Positions 12,191 to 23,950 of a stretch of 64,000 nucleotides of DNA are shown one piece after another (positions within the stretch are counted from its first letter, which is position 1; every line of letters begins with the position of its first letter). Under the pieces are notes generated by a model that ran no database searches, was not told the DNA's origin, and saw only the letters and a list, made by a program, of their open reading frames with translations. The DNA lies in contig NC_091470.1 in NCBI RefSeq assembly GCF_036971445.1, positions 232,252,001-232,316,000 on the forward strand, read 5' to 3'. The stretch comes from Narcine bancroftii (taxonomy: Eukaryota). Made by a program: the position numbers and the translations under genes.

Positions 12191-12848
12191 TAAGCGTATA
12201 CAGAGCCGTTGTCATACCCACACTCCTGTTCGGCTCCGAATCATGGGTCCTCTACCGGCATCACCTACGGCTCCTAGAACGCTTCCACCAGCGTTGTCTC
12301 CGCTCCATCCTCAACATCCATTGGAGCGCTTTCATCCCTAACGTCGAAGTACTCGAGATGGCAGAGGTCGACAGCATCGAGTCCACGCTGCTGAAGATCC
12401 AGCTGCGCTGGATGGGTCACGTCTCCAGAATGGAGGACCATCGCCTTCCCAAGATCGTGTTATATGGCGAGCTCTCCACTGGCCACCGTGACAGAGGTGC
12501 ACCAAAGAAAAGGTACAAGGACTGCCTAAAGAAATCTCTTGGTGCCTGCCACATTGACCACCGCCAGTGGGCTGATAACGCCTCAAACCGTGCATCTTGG
12601 CGCCTCACAGTTTGGCGGGCAGCAACCTCCTTTGAAGAAGACCGCAGAGCCCACCTCACTGACAAAAGGCAAAGGAGGAAAAACCCAACACCCAACCCCA
12701 ACCAACCAATTTTCCCCTGCAACCGCTGCAACCGTGTCTGCCTGTCCCGCATCGGACTTGTCAGCCACAAACGAGCCTGCAGCTAATGTGGACTTTTTAC
12801 CCCCTCCATAAATCTTCGTTCGCGAAGCCAAGCCAAAGAAGAAAGAAG
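12191..12848 (+). mobile_element. Very young RTE-clade LINE, 5'-truncated, 12-bp TSD
   Basis: Open frame VYRAVVIPTLLFGSESW..QLRWMGHVSRM..RLPKIVLYGEL..CxxC..H..C; (aag)n-type tail; TSD attgcatcccga at 12179-12190 and 12849-12860. Confidence 0.95.
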
Positions 12849-12922
12849 ATTGCATCCCGAAGCAATGTACCAGTTTGGCTGAATCCTCATGCCCTTTTAC
12901 AGCAGAAGCTTTCTCTTTAGAG

Positions 12923-13398
12923 CAGTGGTTCTCAACCTTTTTCTTTCCACTCACATACCACTTGAAGTATTCCCTATGCCATAAGTGCTCTGTGATTAGT
13001 AAGGGATTGATTAAGGTGGGATGTGGGTGGGAAAAAAGAGTTTGAAAACCACTGTTTTAATCTGACCTCATTGACTCATTATGTGCGCGGTTTCAGAACT
13101 CCAAAGGAAACGGGCCAAAGACAATTTTTCTCAAGCAAAATATCTCAGTAACTATTGGGTCTAGAGTAGTGATTCTCAACCTTCCCTTCCCATTCACATC
13201 CCATTTTAAACAATCCCTTACTAATCACAGAGCACTGATGGCATAGGGATTACTTAAGGTGGTGTGTGAGTGGGAAGGGAAGGTTGAGAATCACTGCTCT
13301 AGACCCAATTGTTACTGGAATATTTTGCTTAAGAAACATTATCAGTGAGTGGTCCATTTCCTTTGGAGTTTTGAAACACAAAGGTTGAAAACCCATTG
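12923..13398. mobile_element. Composite hAT-Charlie-type MITE, rearranged copy
   Basis: TIR cagtggttctcaacc; mini-unit 12923-13054, spacer 13055-13166, mini-unit 13167-13296, inverted spacer copy 13297-13378, TIR. Confidence 0.88.
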
Positions 13399-14392
13399 CT
13401 TTCAGGGAACACCTTTTAAAATAAGTTACAAGTTATTTGTGCAGAATTCAAATTGCCTGAATATCCCACTGGGCTGCCGTTACATAACGTACAACAACCC
13501 ACCACCCCAGCCCCCACCCAACACTCTTTTGAGCCATATGATTTTATTCAAAATAGGTCACCTTTCATATGCAACAACATGGCCCAAAAGCAAGCTAGAC
13601 TAAAGCTAAAGCCAGTCTGGTTAAATTTAAATAAAGCACCCTTTATTGGCAGTAAAAGAGCCAGACATGAGTACACAGTGTGCATATAGATCTAATGAGT
13701 GCTAGCAGTACTAGGCAGTGAGCCCGTATAGCCACCATGTATCAATTACTGGTTAAGAAGAGAGGAAAGTCAATGCAATGCAGTCTGAGATGTACTTGAA
13801 TTCCTGAATGGCAGCCAACTCAAGTAGAGGATTTGTGAACTAAGTAACTCACACACGTGTTTGGTGACTTGCAGAACACACTATAACAGTGCAGTTAAGA
13901 ATTCAGCTGATACTTTTCCTGTGGGAAAATATGTACTTATGTTCAGGAACTAAGAAAAAAAAACTGGAAAAACAGCCAATGCTTCTGACAGACGCCAGTG
14001 CAGTTTAATGACTGGCCCATGGATGTTCCACATTATTGGACTTCATTACAGCTTCTTAAATTGTTGATAATGCCAAACAAGATTAATTTATTTCCTTTCA
14101 CGAGACTTGAATGAATGCCATGAGGATGCAGGCAGACACAGTGGCCTTGCACCTTGTGTAGACTGTGGAAGGAGAATGGAACCCTTCACTAAACCAAAAA
14201 CCAGAGTCAAGCATACAAGGCTTCCCCTAAAAAAAAGACACTGTCAAGGTTCAAGATTCCTTTATTGTCATGTATTGTACAGAACATGTAATATTACACG
14301 AAATTGGTTCGCACATCTATCAGAGAAGATTTGGCATGGAATATGATAAGAGATTAGACACGTTTATGACCATTACGGCAAATCTTTAAAAG

Positions 14393-14641
14393 AGGCATGG
14401 TTGGTGTAGTGGTCAGTGCAACGCCTTTACAGCGCCGGTGATTGGGACTGAGGTTTGAATCCTGCGCTGTCTGTAAGAAGTTTGTATGACTTCCCCATGT
14501 CTGCGTGGGTTTTCCTTGGGGGGGGGGTGTGAGCTCCGGTTTCTCCCACTGTTTGAAACGTACCGGGGGTTGTAGGTCAATTGGGTGTAAATTGGGCGGC
14601 ACGGTTTCGTGGGCCGAAATGCTGTATGTCTAAAATTTAAA
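14393..14641 (+). mobile_element. V-SINE (HE1-like)
   Basis: A/B boxes, V-domain, gctgtatgtctaaaattt tail. Confidence 0.88.
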
Positions 14642-15104
14642 ACAGATTAAGCACATTTGAGATGCCATGTGTGTTGTGCCATGAATTAGACCCATTCAAT
14701 GGTAAATGATATCACAAGCTTCCCATTTTAAGATGACACCAAGCGCTTCATATCCCATCATTGTACTTGCGTTTGACTCTAATCTCTTCTGATTAGATTT
14801 TGCAGATTTTCTCTTGCATGGAATCTGCTCCTTCAGGTGTGAAACACAGAGAGACACTTGAAAATGTGTCCTCGTTCTGACGTGAGGTTGAAGACGGGTG
14901 CAAACTGCCCATTCAGATAAACACAGAATAAACAAAAATCCCAGTGAATGATTTCACTAATGAACAGAGAATAGTTCCAAGCCTGCACTTCTATTATCTT
15001 GTAACCAACATCAGGTTGTCAGCTTGCTCTTTGTATGAGCTTGCTGAGCTCTGATTGGCTGCTGCACTTCTTACATCATTACTGCTCCTCGAAAGTATAG
15101 TTAA

Positions 15105-15856
15105 ATGGCGGCACTGCTGTAACAGCGGAGAGTGGGGAGCGAAGTCACAGCGCCTCCACATGGGGTCTAAATGCCCAGTCTGACTGCCATTGGCTCCCTG
15201 CAGGCTTTAAACTGCCTGCTAAAGGAGCTGACAGTGGTTTATTTTAAAGTTATGTGACTGTGGGGTCTGGGCCCAAGATGGCAGCACCGATGCTCAGCAG
15301 CAGCCCCAAGGGATTGCAGACTCCAGGCAAGCCTGGTGCAGGGTGCCAGAAAATGGCGAGAACACCTCCTGTTTGAGAAGGAGAAGCAGCGGAGATGATC
15401 CACAGGACGGCGGACCAATGAGGGGCATCACACAGGAGGCAGGTTGGTGACTCGAGGTGAGGAATCCACATAGGTCAAAGAACTCACACCAGGCTGTGGA
15501 CTGCTGGAGACATGCAGAGACTGGCTGAAAGGGGTTCCAGGTATCAGAACTGAGATGCGAGAGGGTGCCGAGGTGCTGGAGGTTCCCTGATCATGTCAGA
15601 GGTGTGCAACTGGAGCTCGAGTTGCCGATGCTTTGCATTGAAGGCTTGTGTGGCTGTAGAGGCTGTAGGAGCACTGGAGGTGAAGCTGTGGACATTCAGA
15701 GACTCGGTCGTGGTAGGGGGCAGGGATTCTTTTCCTTCTCTTCCTCTGGCTGAAAGAGGCACTGGGCAATTTCTGCTGATAGCGAATCTTTGCCTGCTAA
15801 AGGAAATGTGTAATACTACATTTTCTGTTTCATAACATGACAATAAAATAATCCTG
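15105..15856 (+). mobile_element. GC-rich LINE 3'UTR-like repeat
   Basis: Ends catgacaataaa like Rex1-type tails in this window; homologous to 8330-9602 and 11140-11680; inserted in a Deu-SINE relic (15020-15098). Confidence 0.55.
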
Positions 15857-16294
15857 AAAAATCAAGCAAGTCTGCAGATGCTGGGGTCCAGTGCTGGAGA
15901 AACTCAGCCAGTCACACAGCATCTATCAGAAGTAAAGGGTATCCAACACTTTGGGCCAAGGCTTCAAAATTTCACGGTGTCCTTAAAGCATTTGGGAACC
16001 TCCAAAAGACTCTGCGACTCTCTGCCTTTCTTGTCCATTTCTCTTTACTTCAGCAGTGTGTGTTGCATACTTCTGCCTCACGAGAGGCCTGGCTGAAATT
16101 CAGCCAGTCCAATCCAAAGGAAAGTCACAAGAGGAGTTTTGAACCTGTGGGATTTTTGCATCAGCATTTAGTAGGATTCTGACCTCAGCAAGAGGATAGA
16201 CACTCCAGTTCTCTCAACCCTGCAATGCAGCAAAACAGCTCCCTGCTGGCCACTGCATGACACAATTAATAACCTCCACTATTGTCATCATGGG

Positions 16295-16508
16295 TAATGA
16301 GGTCGTCACAACCATATCACAGCGGCACCGGCTCAGGTTCGAATCCGGCGCTGTCTGCAAGGATGTTCTCCCCGTGACCTTCCTCTGGGAGGTCTGGCTT
16401 CATTCCACCATTCAAAAACGCATGGGGTATTTGTTGGGGGTGGGGGGGGGGCAGAGGTTCATGGGTAAGAAGGGCCTGTTACCATGCTGCATGTCCAAAT
16501 TTAAAAAT
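16295..16508 (+). mobile_element. V-SINE, decayed
   Basis: ggttcgaatcc B-box, partial V-domain, ggcctgttaccatgctg tail. Confidence 0.75.
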
Positions 16509-17021
16509 TCAATAATCCTCCCCTTGTATGGATGAAATAAATTGGAAATATTTTCTATTACCCTCTCAGTCTTTGCACTGCTACTGCTGCTTGTGGCAAG
16601 TGCAAGGGCTTTTTCTGCTGCTTTGTACCTGATTACACAAAGCATGGAAATGATATGACAGGTCATAACGAAAAGCATGCCAACTGCAAATTGTATGAAG
16701 TTTCCAGTAGTCATAATGGAGATCAAGTTTCAACACGGGCAAAGTCCTGAAGCCTCAAGGCACCTGAACTGTTACTTCTCACCAATTTGAATTCAGAATT
16801 GAGTGGGTTTGCCAGATTGGAAAGGTTTGCAGTTGGATAGATAGTGTTCTCTCATTCTCAGCAGCTGATACAGAGTTTGCTGCAACTAACTGGATGCATT
16901 CTCTCCAGAATTTCATTGCTGAAATACTCACTTCCTGGATGTCTCACTAGTAACAGCAACACACTGAAACTCCTCAAATTCTTTAGAAATTGGAAGTCCT
17001 GGTGGTTCTTCACGGTTGGCT

Positions 17022-17680
17022 CAATAATCAGAATTTATGGTCATGAACAAGTCATGAAATTTGTTGTTTTGCAACAGCGTCATAGTGCAAAAATTCATAT
17101 AAACCACCTTACAAAAATAAATAAACATAGTGCACGAAAAGTCAAACTAAGGCAATGTCTTTGGTTCATTGATCATTCAGGAATCTGATGGCAGCGGGGA
17201 AGAAGCTGTCCTTGTGCTGCTGAGTGCTCGCCTTCAGGCTCCTGTACCTTTTCCCCTGATGATAGCAGAGTGAAGAGGGCATGGCCTGGGGGATGGGGGG
17301 GGGTCTTTGAGGATAGAGGCTGCTTTCTTAAGATACCACCTCATGTAGAAGTCCTCAATGGAGTGATGTCTGGTGCCCGTGATGTTGCAGGCTGAGTTAA
17401 CAACCCTCTGGAATTTTTTCTTGTCCTGAGTGTTGGCACCACTGAACCAGACAATGATGCCATCAGCCAGAATGCTCTGAATGGTACATCTGTAGATGTT
17501 TTCAAGAGTCTTCGGTGACATACCAAATCTCCTCAAACATGTTACAAAGAATAGCCACTAGCAAGCCTGGACGTCCAGGGTTTGAATTTCTTGACCAGCA
17601 CTGAGGGAATAATAGTATTGAAGGCTGAGCTGTCGTCTATGAAAATTAGCCTTATGCATGAGTTACTATATTGATCCAGA
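17022..17680 (-). mobile_element. Rex1/Babar LINE fragments
   Basis: RRFGMSPKTLENIYRCTIQSIL (ORF 17234-17536); RLIFIDDSSAFNTIIP near 17600-17655. Confidence 0.8.
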
Positions 17681-18013
17681 GCTGAGTGGAGGGCCAGCGA
17701 TATTGCCCAGGGGTGCCCAGATTTGCTTAATGAAAGAGCTACATATGATAAACTTCAGATGTTTGAGAGTTGCGATCACGAGATCGCAAGCCACGCCCAC
17801 TATTGTACAATTGCATATTTCTACAATCCACGCATCATATATCAAAGAGCCTCACATGTCAAATAATCCGCAGTTTGGCCACCCTTGATCTAGTCCCAGG
17901 AGAGATCCTACAACATGTGGACATCCAGGAACTTGAAACTACCAACCCTCTCCACTGCTGTCTCCAAAGAACATGATGAATACCATGTTACTCTTGCAGT
18001 CATGCGATTTCCT

Positions 18014-21000
18014 TTCTTTTCTTTTTCAATCTTTTTATTATTATTATAATTTATAAACACATACAGTTCAAAGAGATATAAAAAATACATAGTAAGTAAT
18101 GAATTAATACAGAGATATTAAACAATAATATTACAGAATAAAAATATATCATAAAAAAAAATTTAGATCAGTTTAGGGTGTGAACTATCTCTAAAAAAAA
18201 GATATAATTAATAACAATATATGAAAAAAGAGAAAAAAAAAACCCCAAAAAAGAAGAAAAAACAAATCTGAATTTAAAAAAACTTAAAAAAAACCTACAG
18301 ATATAGCTAAACCACGCCGATCACTCCGATCTCATCTTACAGCCCAATTATCATACATAATCATAGAAAGAAAACAGAGCCAGATCAACTCACCACAAAT
18401 GAAAATATTGAATAAATGGTCGCCAGGTTAACTCAAACTTAGAAGGGGATTCATAGACAGAGTTTCTACTTTTCTCTAAATTTAAACATAGTATAGTTTG
18501 GGTAAACCATTGGAAAACAGTGGGAGGATTAACCTCTTTCCAATTCAATAGTATAGATCTTCTAGCCATTAGTGTAAGAAAAGCAATCATACGATCCGCA
18601 GGAAGAGATAAATAAGTCAAATCTATCATAGGTAATCCAAAAATTGCGGTAATGGGATGTGGTTGTAAATCAATATTCAAAACAGTAGATATAATGGAAA
18701 AAATTTCCTTCCAATAATTCTGTAAAGAGGGACAGGACCAAAACATATGTGTAAGGGAAGCTATTTCCAATTGACATTTATCACATATAGGATCGATATG
18801 AGAATAAAAGCGATGGAGTTTATCTTTAGACATATGAGCTCTATGAACAACTTTAAACTGTATTAGTGAATGTTTTGCACATAGAGAAGAAGAGTTTACC
18901 AGTCGCAGAATTTTATTCCAATTTTCATTAGAAATATGAAGGTTGAGTTCTCTTTCCCAATCATTTTTAAATTTTTCAAAAGTCCCAGAATTTATTTTTG
19001 TAATTATATTATATAATTTAGATATCACACCTTTTGGAGGGAATTTTGAATATAGTATATCCTCTAAAACAGTCGTAGTCTCCCGATTGGGAAAAGAGGG
19101 TAAAGTCGAAACTAAGAAACTCCTAATCTGCAAATATCGAAAGAAATGAGATCGAGGTAAATCATATTTCATGGATAATTGTTCAAATGACATGAAAGAG
19201 TTATCCAAGAATAAATCCGAAAAGCATGTTATACCTTTAACTTTCCAGAGTAAATAAGCTTGATCAATTAGAGAGGGATGAAAAAGGAAATTTAGTACAA
19301 TAGGAGTTTCCAAGATAAAATGACTTAGGCCAAAAAATCTCCGGAATTGAAACCATATACGTAGTGTATGTTTAGCCATTGGATTATCAATTTGTTTATA
19401 TAATTTAGTAAGAGTAAAAGGGAGAGCAGCTCCCAAAATAGAGCTAATTGAAAAATTTTGTATCAGTTTAATTTCTAAATTTACCCAATGGGGATTTAGA
19501 GATAATTCTGAATAATTCAACCAATACCTTAAGTAACTAATATTAATTGCCCAGTAATAAATTCTAAAGTTGGGTAATGCCAACCCTCCCTCTAGTTTAG
19601 ATTTCTGTAAATATTTTTTCCCCAATCTAGGATTCTTGTTTTGCCAGATATACGAGGACAATTTAGAATCGACCTTATCAAAAAAAGATTTAGGAACAAA
19701 AATAGGTATAGCTTGGAATATATATAAAAATTTAGGTAAGATCATCATCTTAATAGCATTAATTCGGCCTATCATGGATAGGGATAATGGTGACCAATTG
19801 GTAAGTAAACTGCCGATCAGGTCCAATAGAGGGAAAAAATTAGTCCTAAACAAATCTTTATGTTTTTTAGTAATCTTAATCCCTAAATATATAAAATGGT
19901 CTCTAGCTATTTTAAAAGGTAAACTATCATAAATAGGAACCCATCCATTAAAAGGGAATAATTAACTTTTATTTAAATTCAGTTTATATCCCGAAAAATT
20001 ACTAAATTGGGCTAATAAAGATAAAACTGCAGGAATAGAATTTTCAGAATTGGAAATATATAACAATAAATCATCTGCATATAGTGATACTTTATGAATA
20101 TCCCTGCAACGTATAATACCAGTAATATTGGGTGCTTCTCTGATAGCAATTGCCAAAGGTTCTAAAGCTAAGTTAAATAATAAAGGGCTAAGGGGGCATC
20201 CTTGCCTGGTGCCCCGAAATAATCTCGAAAATATGGCGATCTTTGGGCATTAGTAAAAACCGAGGCAACTGGGGAATTATAAAGAAGTTTAATCCAAGAT
20301 ATAAATATCGGACTAAAATTAAATTTTTCAAGAACTGTAAATAAATAAGGCCATTCTACTCTATCGATGTGAAGGAGTGTAAATAATATTCATCAATCTT
20401 CTAATATTAAAAGAGGAATAACGATTTTTAATAAATCCAGTCTGGTCTTCAGAGATAATATATGGTAATATCTTCTCTAGCCTTGTCGCTAGAATTTTAG
20501 AGAAGATCTTAGAATCAACATTCAACAAAGAAATAGGTCTATAAGAAGAACATTCGGTCGGGTCTTTATTTTTTTTCAAGATTAGAGAAATCGTAGCTCT
20601 GTAAAATGATTGTGGTAGTTTACCCAATGTGATAGATTCATCAAACATCTTAATCAGCCAGGGAGAGAGAGTAGAAGAAAAAGCTTTATAAAATTCCACA
20701 GAATATCCATCGGGACCTGGTGCTTTCCCCGAGTTCAGTGAGAAAATAGTATTATTGATCTCCGAATCTGTAATAGGTTTACTTAATTCTAAGTTATCTT
20801 GAGGTAATACTTTTGGGAATTTCAAATGTTCTAAAAAATTAAACATATTACTAAGGTCTTGAGAGGATTCTGTACTATATAAGGATGTATAAAAATTTTG
20901 GAAAGATTGATTTATCTCTTCCTGGTTAACAGTCAGTTCTCCATTCTGTTTGCGAATCTCCACAATTTGGCGTCTAGCTGAAATATTCTTCAGATGATTA

Positions 21001-21341
21001 GCCAACAGTTTACCCGATTTCTCACTATGCACATAAAAATAAGATTTAGATCTAATTAGCTGGTTTTCAATCGAAGATGTAAGTAACAAATTATATTCCA
21101 TCTGCAGTTCAATTCTTTGTTTGTAAAGTTCTTCAGTAGGATCAGTCACATATTTCTTATCAATGTCTTTAATCTTCTCAACCAATAGATGAATCTTGTT
21201 TTTGATGCATTTCTTCAAAGCTACTGAGTAAGAAATAATTTGACCACGAATATAAGCCTTGAATGTATCCCACAATATTCCATAAGAAATTTCCGTAGTG
21301 TAATTTGTTGAAAAGAAAAAGTTAATTTGTTCTTTCATAAA
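18014..21341 (-). mobile_element. L1-clade LINE, 5'-truncated (3.3 kb), disrupted ORF2, 10-bp TSD
   Basis: ORFs 20361-21338 (KAPGPDG, SYRPISLLNVD), 19962-20156 (LYADD), 18390-19853 (CDKC..H..C knuckle); aataaa plus A-rich tail; TSD gcgatttcct at 18004-18013 and 21342-21351. Confidence 0.95.
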
Positions 21342-21539
21342 GCGATTTCCTATAGTTGCATGTTTTAGTCAATAAATTCTGGGAAACAAGACAGACTACT
21401 TGCCTGATTCCTCACCCCAGCTAGGAATGCAGAATCCACCTGTACCAGTGTTATTGTGGGCAGTGCTAATGGTATTTGAAAAATCAGTTTCTGTTTCCTG
21501 TTTTATGCTGGGACAGTGTGCTAATTTAAATTGCACAGG

Positions 21540-22652
21540 ATCACTATCTCAGAGGACCTTTCCTAGACTAAACATACTCATGTCATCATAAAGAAAGCAT
21601 GTCAACCCCCTCTATTTCTTCCTTGCAGAGGTTCAGTATGATATCAGAAACCTTGACAAACTTCTACAGGTGTGTAGTGGAAAGTGTGTTGACGGATTGC
21701 ATCACGTGGTATGGGGGCACCAATTCTTCTGAGCAGAAAGTCCTGCAAAAGGTAGTGGAAACAGCCCAGGACAAAACACTCCACCATTAGGAGAATCTAC
21801 ATCAGTGATTCTCAACCTTTTTCTTCATATACCATTTTAAATACTCCCTATGCCATAAGTACTCTGTGATTAGTAAGGGATTGCTTAAGGTGGGATGTGG
21901 GTGGGAAGGGAAGGTTGAGAACCACTGCTCTAGACCCAAATGTTACTGAAATATTTTGCTTGAATAAAATTGTCATTGGCCCATTTCCTTTGGAGTTCTG
22001 AAACCATGCACATAACAAGTCAATGAGGTATGATTAAAACAGTGGGTTTCAAACTTTTTCTTCCCACATATATACTACCTTAAGCAACCCCTTACTAATC
22101 ACAGAGCACCTATGGCATAGGGATTGCTTAAAGTGGTGTGAGTGGAAAGAAAAACATAGAAACATAGAAAATAGGTGTAGGAGTAGGCCATTTGGCCCTT
22201 CAAGCCTACACCATCATTCATTTTGATGAAAGGTTGAGAACCACTGGTTTATAGGGGACACTGCCATTGGAAAGCAGCAGCAGTGATCACCAAGGATCCA
22301 CACCACCCAGTACATGCTCTGTTTTCACTGCTGCCATCAGGAAAGAGGTGTAGGTGCCACAAGACTCACACCACCAGATTCAGGAACAGCTGCTCCCCCT
22401 CCACCATCAGACTCCTCAACAACAAACTTGTTAAAATTGCATATTATTTATTACAGTATATTTGTTTCTGTATTGCAGTCAGTTCAATTACATCTATTTC
22501 CTTGTTTACATTCTCTCTTTTAAATACATATCCTTATTTTCTTGAGTTACCAATAAGTAGCAGCCTGGCCTTCTGGAAAAAAATGAATCTCAGGGTTGTA
22601 TGTGATGTCATGTACTGTATGTACTCTGACAATAAATCTGAACCTTTGAATT
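21540..22652 (+). mobile_element. Rex1/Babar LINE 3' part, interrupted by a MITE
   Basis: LTNFYRCVVESVLT (21599-21790) continues as KDPHHPVHALFSLLPSGKR (22283-). Confidence 0.85.
21803..22246. mobile_element. Composite hAT MITE carrying a short CR1 3'-tail insertion (about 22150-22225)
   Basis: TIRs cagtgattctcaacc / ggttgagaaccactg; same two-unit plus spacer layout; (aaacatag)2 CR1 tail inside. Confidence 0.88.
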
Positions 22653-23167
22653 GTTGATGTAATGAAGACAACAGCCAAAGTGGAAAACGCATTCAATTTT
22701 ACGGGTGGATGACATTGTAGAAAGTATGGGCTCGGAAGTGGCCAGTTCTCACACAAATGAGAAACTCTGGTCATCTGAAATTGTTGAATTCAACAATGAG
22801 CCCCAAAAGCCAGGCCATGCCGAAGGAAGAGATGAGGTATTGCTCCTTGAACAGACCTTTGTTGAAACTGTATGAGAGGCCAAAACCAGAGAGGGAGAAG
22901 ATTGTAGAATTAAAGTGGAAGATGACTGGAGGCCCTTGCAATCTATAAGGAGTTAATTCATCACTCAGACAACCTTGGTGTTCACCTTCCAAGGACCTTC
23001 CTTTGTATTCTCTCAACAATTCTGCCATAATTATTTATGACGTTAACCCTTCAGATGTTGGCCCTTGACTTAAGATACTAAGTCCATGTAAAAACACAAT
23101 GCTGGAGAAACTCAGCAGGTCAAACCATTCCAGGTCTCCCAGTAGACCTGTTTCCACAGCCACATCA

Positions 23168-23950
23168 GGCCTTTTCATAGTTGGCCTCTGCATGGAGACT
23201 GATTTAAAAGCCGAATGAAAAGGTATTCTTTACCTATCCATGGAGGCCCAGAAAAGCCTGATTCCACATTCCTTTCAGCCTGGGGGCTGCTGGGGCATTG
23301 ACGTGGCTTTCAGGAGGCGTGGCTACTGGCACTATGATGCCATACATATGCGTCAAGCAATGGCTGACTTCGTTACCCATAATCTCCCACACAGCTGGAA
23401 CCGCTCTGCATTTCCCAGAATAGTTGCAGTTGTGTGGGCAATTATGGATAGGGTAGTGGGCCATTGTTCTGCCGCGTATTGAGCAACCGGAACCAACAAA
23501 CGGCCCCAAGAGCCGAAGCGGCCCATTGAAGAGTCGGAGGCTGGAGTGGCTGATGGGACTGTCACAGCCCACCCCAGCTCCCCCTGACACCCTGCCCCCC
23601 ACTACCTTGACTGTCCCCACCACATTGACTGTCCCCCACCGGCCATCCTTGCCCTGACTGCTTCCGCCGGCTATCCCTGCTCTGACAGACCCCACTAGCC
23701 ATCCCTGCCATGAGGGAGAGGGGTCACAGGCTGATGACATCACTGTGACATCATCAGCCCTCCGCTAAGCCACTGGCTCGCAAAGACATTACATTCATAC
23801 TAGGTGGCAGAGCGCTGCGCTGACCCTTACCCCAAGAGCATTCAGCGCCTTAAAGCCGGCCAGGGCACATTCATGGGGGGTAAGTTTCCCAATAAAAGGG
23901 TGGAGAATCTCCACCTTTACACTTGGGCTCTTTGACTGTATGAAAGGGCC
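23168..23950. mobile_element. Non-autonomous PIF/Harbinger-like DNA transposon
   Basis: Termini ggccttttcata / tatgaaagggcc; GC-rich interior with palindromes; lies between inverted Penelope termini (23090-23126, 24027-24100); 3-bp TSD not clean. Confidence 0.6.

Noticed and set aside
18390-21338. 487-aa and 325-aa ORFs as a host gene or active element
   Set aside because: L1 ORF2 pieces; the element is 5'-truncated, frameshifted, lacks an RT motif and is bounded by a TSD.
23234-23743. 169-aa Gly-rich ORF
   Set aside because: Chance ORF in the GC-rich interior of a non-autonomous transposon; no transposase motifs.
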